Below are positions 61,151-64,000 of a DNA stretch of 64,000 bases, in pieces (within the stretch, counting starts at the first letter, position 1; every line of letters starts with the position of its first letter). Source of the stretch: Eutreptiella sp. 'Long Island Sound 2002' (Eukaryota > Protista > Euglenida); NCBI GenBank assembly GCA_964036045.1, contig OZ038379.1, positions 21,266,001-21,330,000 of the forward strand, given 5' to 3'. A program made the position numbers and the translations under genes. The notes below the pieces were generated by a model. That model saw nothing but the letters and a program-made list of their open reading frames with translations, did no database searches and was not told where the DNA came from.

Positions 61151-64000
61151 GTGCCGTTGCTTGTGCTCCGGCCGGGGCACAGGGGTGCGCAGGAGGCAGG
61201 AGGGCTGTCCGGGGGGGGGGGGGGGCTGGGCTTCACCACAGCACAGCGCAGGCAGAAGTGCGGGTCTGCGACGGCAGTGGGCAGTTGGCAGTCAACCGAC
61301 CACACGGCAGTGGATGGTGCACCAACGCCACATGGGGTCACTCATGGGGTCACTGCACAACTCACTAGCGCATCACTCGACGAGGTATAGCCCACCGCAG
61401 GCCAGAGCTCTGACAATGTCAGACCTCGGGCCCGGTCCCTCCATTGGCGGGCAGCGGAGACTTTCAGGTCCACTCCCGGCGTTGCTTGGGCAGGGTTTCC
61501 CCCCCTGAGCTCTTGCCAGGGACCGTCGTGGGGTCCTGTCACTGGAGGCAGCCGGTGGCTGACCGACAGTACGGTAGTCGATGAGTAACCGACGACAATT
61601 CAAAGGATCTGATGGCAGTTGCTGGTCCGCCGGTGCTCTCTCGAAATTCACGTGTAGTGGAGTGCGGCCGGTGTTCTTTTTCGTTGCACCGAGCACAGCC
61701 TTTTGGTGGCATAGAATGGTGGTGTATCCGTGAACACCCCGCATGACCCTTCGTCCGTCAATGCCACAGTGGCAGACTGAAAGACAGCACCGTTTGGCTC
61801 AGTATGGCTGTCATGGTCTGGTGCAGTCGGAGAACGGCCACGCCTTTCAGGAGCTGCGATGTCGGTGCGTCCGAGGATCGTTCCACACGTGGTTCAACAC
61901 AGTACGCTCGGTAAAGCTCGGTACCTCCGAAAGCCTTTTGTCCCGACGACCGATGCACTGCCCCTGTGCCGCCGGGGGTGTTTAAGTGGGGGGTCTGGAT
62001 CTGGACCCCCCAATGCCCCCCCCCCCCCCCCCACCCACGCGCCCATTTTCGACCCCCAAACCTGCGCCCGTGAAGAGCAGCAGTTTGTTTGCCTACACAG
62101 TGGGGCCGACGGCACCAGTATGCCTCGTTAGGTGCCCTCTCCCTAGAGGCCAATTCGGATGAAAACCACATGACAAGGGTGTAAACCATGCTTTGCAGGG
62201 GCTTGTTCATCAGTGTGGGTGGTTGCAATGTAAAAAACAAAAATCAGTTTGGGGCATTTCGATTTTTGAGCTTCTGAGGCTGAAAACTGCGCGCACAGTT
62301 CTGACCCTATTTTTAGTTGAAACTGTGCGTTGCTGTTTTTGAAACTGGCCTAAGGCAGGGGTACGGGCTGCAAAACATGTCTTTTTGCATCCTTTCGTAG
62401 GTATACCATCACAGTCTCCGATCCCAGCCCTCGGAGGGGTACCACAATGCCAAAAACGCAGTTGGCACTGAGATCGTGTTTGTTGTGGTGCCTGCAGCAA
62501 CCCTTGCGGCCCCGTCTGCAGCACACCTGTGAGATACTTTGCACCGAAACTGCACATTGTGGTGGTTTGGTGGGATCTGGAGCCTCTTGGATATGTTGGA
62601 AGGGCGACCAAACTTGTTTGACTCAATTTATTTGTTGTCTGGAAACAGTGTGGTAATCTGGGGGGGAACCCAAATCCTGCAGCGTGCCTGCAGCGTCCTG
62701 TGGCGTACCTGTAAGCGTTCTCATTTGTCTGGCAGAACTGGCCAAAAACTGCAGCGCCCTCCCACATGGCCCGGGCAAGCCCCACAGACCTGGGACCTGA
62801 TAAGTGAAGTTCGGCTCAAAATGCAAATTTCCAAAACAGTTCGTGTTGTTGAAGTCAACAAAAGGGGGTGGGTCAATTTCGTTGACCCTCCTCCTGTGAG
62901 CCAAAGCTGAACAAGTGCGCGCACGCAGAAGTACCAACCAGCACATTTACTTAGCCTTGATGGCTACCCCTACAACAAGTTGGGGGGGGCATCTTTGGGG
63001 GACATTTTGGGATCGCATGATGCTGTTTTTTCTGCGGGCCAGGCATCCCAGTTTCATCCCTTGAGGTATGCTATGCCCCTGGAAATGGGGCCAAATGGTG
63101 CTCGTGCCGGCCCAGGATCCGACAACCTTCTTCGAAGCGATTTGCCGAAGAAAAACCCAACCGAACCCCCCCCCCCCCCTTTCACCCCCCCCCCCCTACC
63201 CTCAGCCATCGGTGTTGGGGTCCAGACCTACACCGCAACACTCCCCATGACTCGTGCCATGTGCTGCAGGCAAAGACTGGTTTCACGCACACCAGTTATA
63301 CACCTTCGACGCATTCGACCACAGCCCCTACCACGTCGTATTTCAAGGTGCTCCGCCAGACGGCCCTCTGTGTTGAGCGAGGGAAGTGGCACTTGAAGAT
63401 CCAGGGGGCCAGGGGTTGTAGGGCAGCGTAGGCTGACGCTTGCCACGGGCATAGCAGGCGCCCGCCTTGCCCCCAGGGATCCGCTGAAGGGAGCTGCAGA
63501 CAAGCGGTTGCTGCCGAGCGATGAAGCGGCGGGTGGCGGCTTTGGCGGTTGCAACTGCGGTTGGCAGGGGCGGGGGGTCTGGACAACTGCCGGTTTGAAT
63601 ACGGGGGGGGGGGTCAGACCCAACACGGCGGGTGTGCCTGCGGAGGCTGTGCCTCATGTAGCACATCAGGAAGCCACAAGTTGCAGGTGTGTCCTCCACA
63701 AACGAGGAATGCCCCCGAGGAATTGGGGTGGATACACCGGGATCGCGCCGGTCTCCCCCCCATTCGCCTCTTCTGCACCCCCGTGTGCTCCGACTGCCTG
63801 ATGGTTGGATGACTCCATCCACATCAGGTCCCTCCACCCAAAAAAGGCAACAAACCCAGGGATCTCACTGGGCCGTCTCAAGAGGGTCACAGGGGGCCAC
63901 TCCATCCCGGCCTTTTGCCCAATATGCACCAGGCGAGCCCAATGCAAAGCAGTGCATGTGTCTTTGTTCTCCTCCAGCGTTAGGAGCCCCACTGAGGGCT

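Overview
Eukaryotic, intron-rich, repeat-rich DNA. A euglenid-like protist is my best guess, inferred from CAG acceptors sitting just before start codons and from abundant (CA)n and C/G-run repeats; the sequence alone does not prove it. Two spliced host genes frame the window: an unrecognised N-terminally membrane-anchored protein (5409-13005, +) and a type II membrane O-fucosyltransferase-family gene (from 54146, +, 3' end unresolved). The centre (26180-53921) is a tandem amplification R-core-R-core-R. It has three ~4 kb repeats and two ~5.5 kb cores. Each core carries an intronless, GC-rich PhyH-type 2OG-Fe(II) dioxygenase fused to HEAT-like repeats, plus a protein-kinase N-lobe fragment. 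A 4.5 kb tract of the two cores looks identical, while the flanks have diverged. The second dioxygenase copy is split by a +1 C in a homopolymer. A fresh, 5'-truncated LINE (RT, Zn finger, C-terminal cellular-type RNase H, no poly(A), 17-bp TSD at a poly-C tract) sits in the middle repeat. The same site in the third repeat carries an unrelated 85-bp segment between 12-bp direct repeats. Also present are a poly(A)-tailed LINE fragment with a TSD, a tRNA-derived SINE inserted in a (CA)n tract, and a 30-bp poly(A) retro-insertion with a 17-bp TSD. All comparisons were made by eye; no searches or alignments were run.
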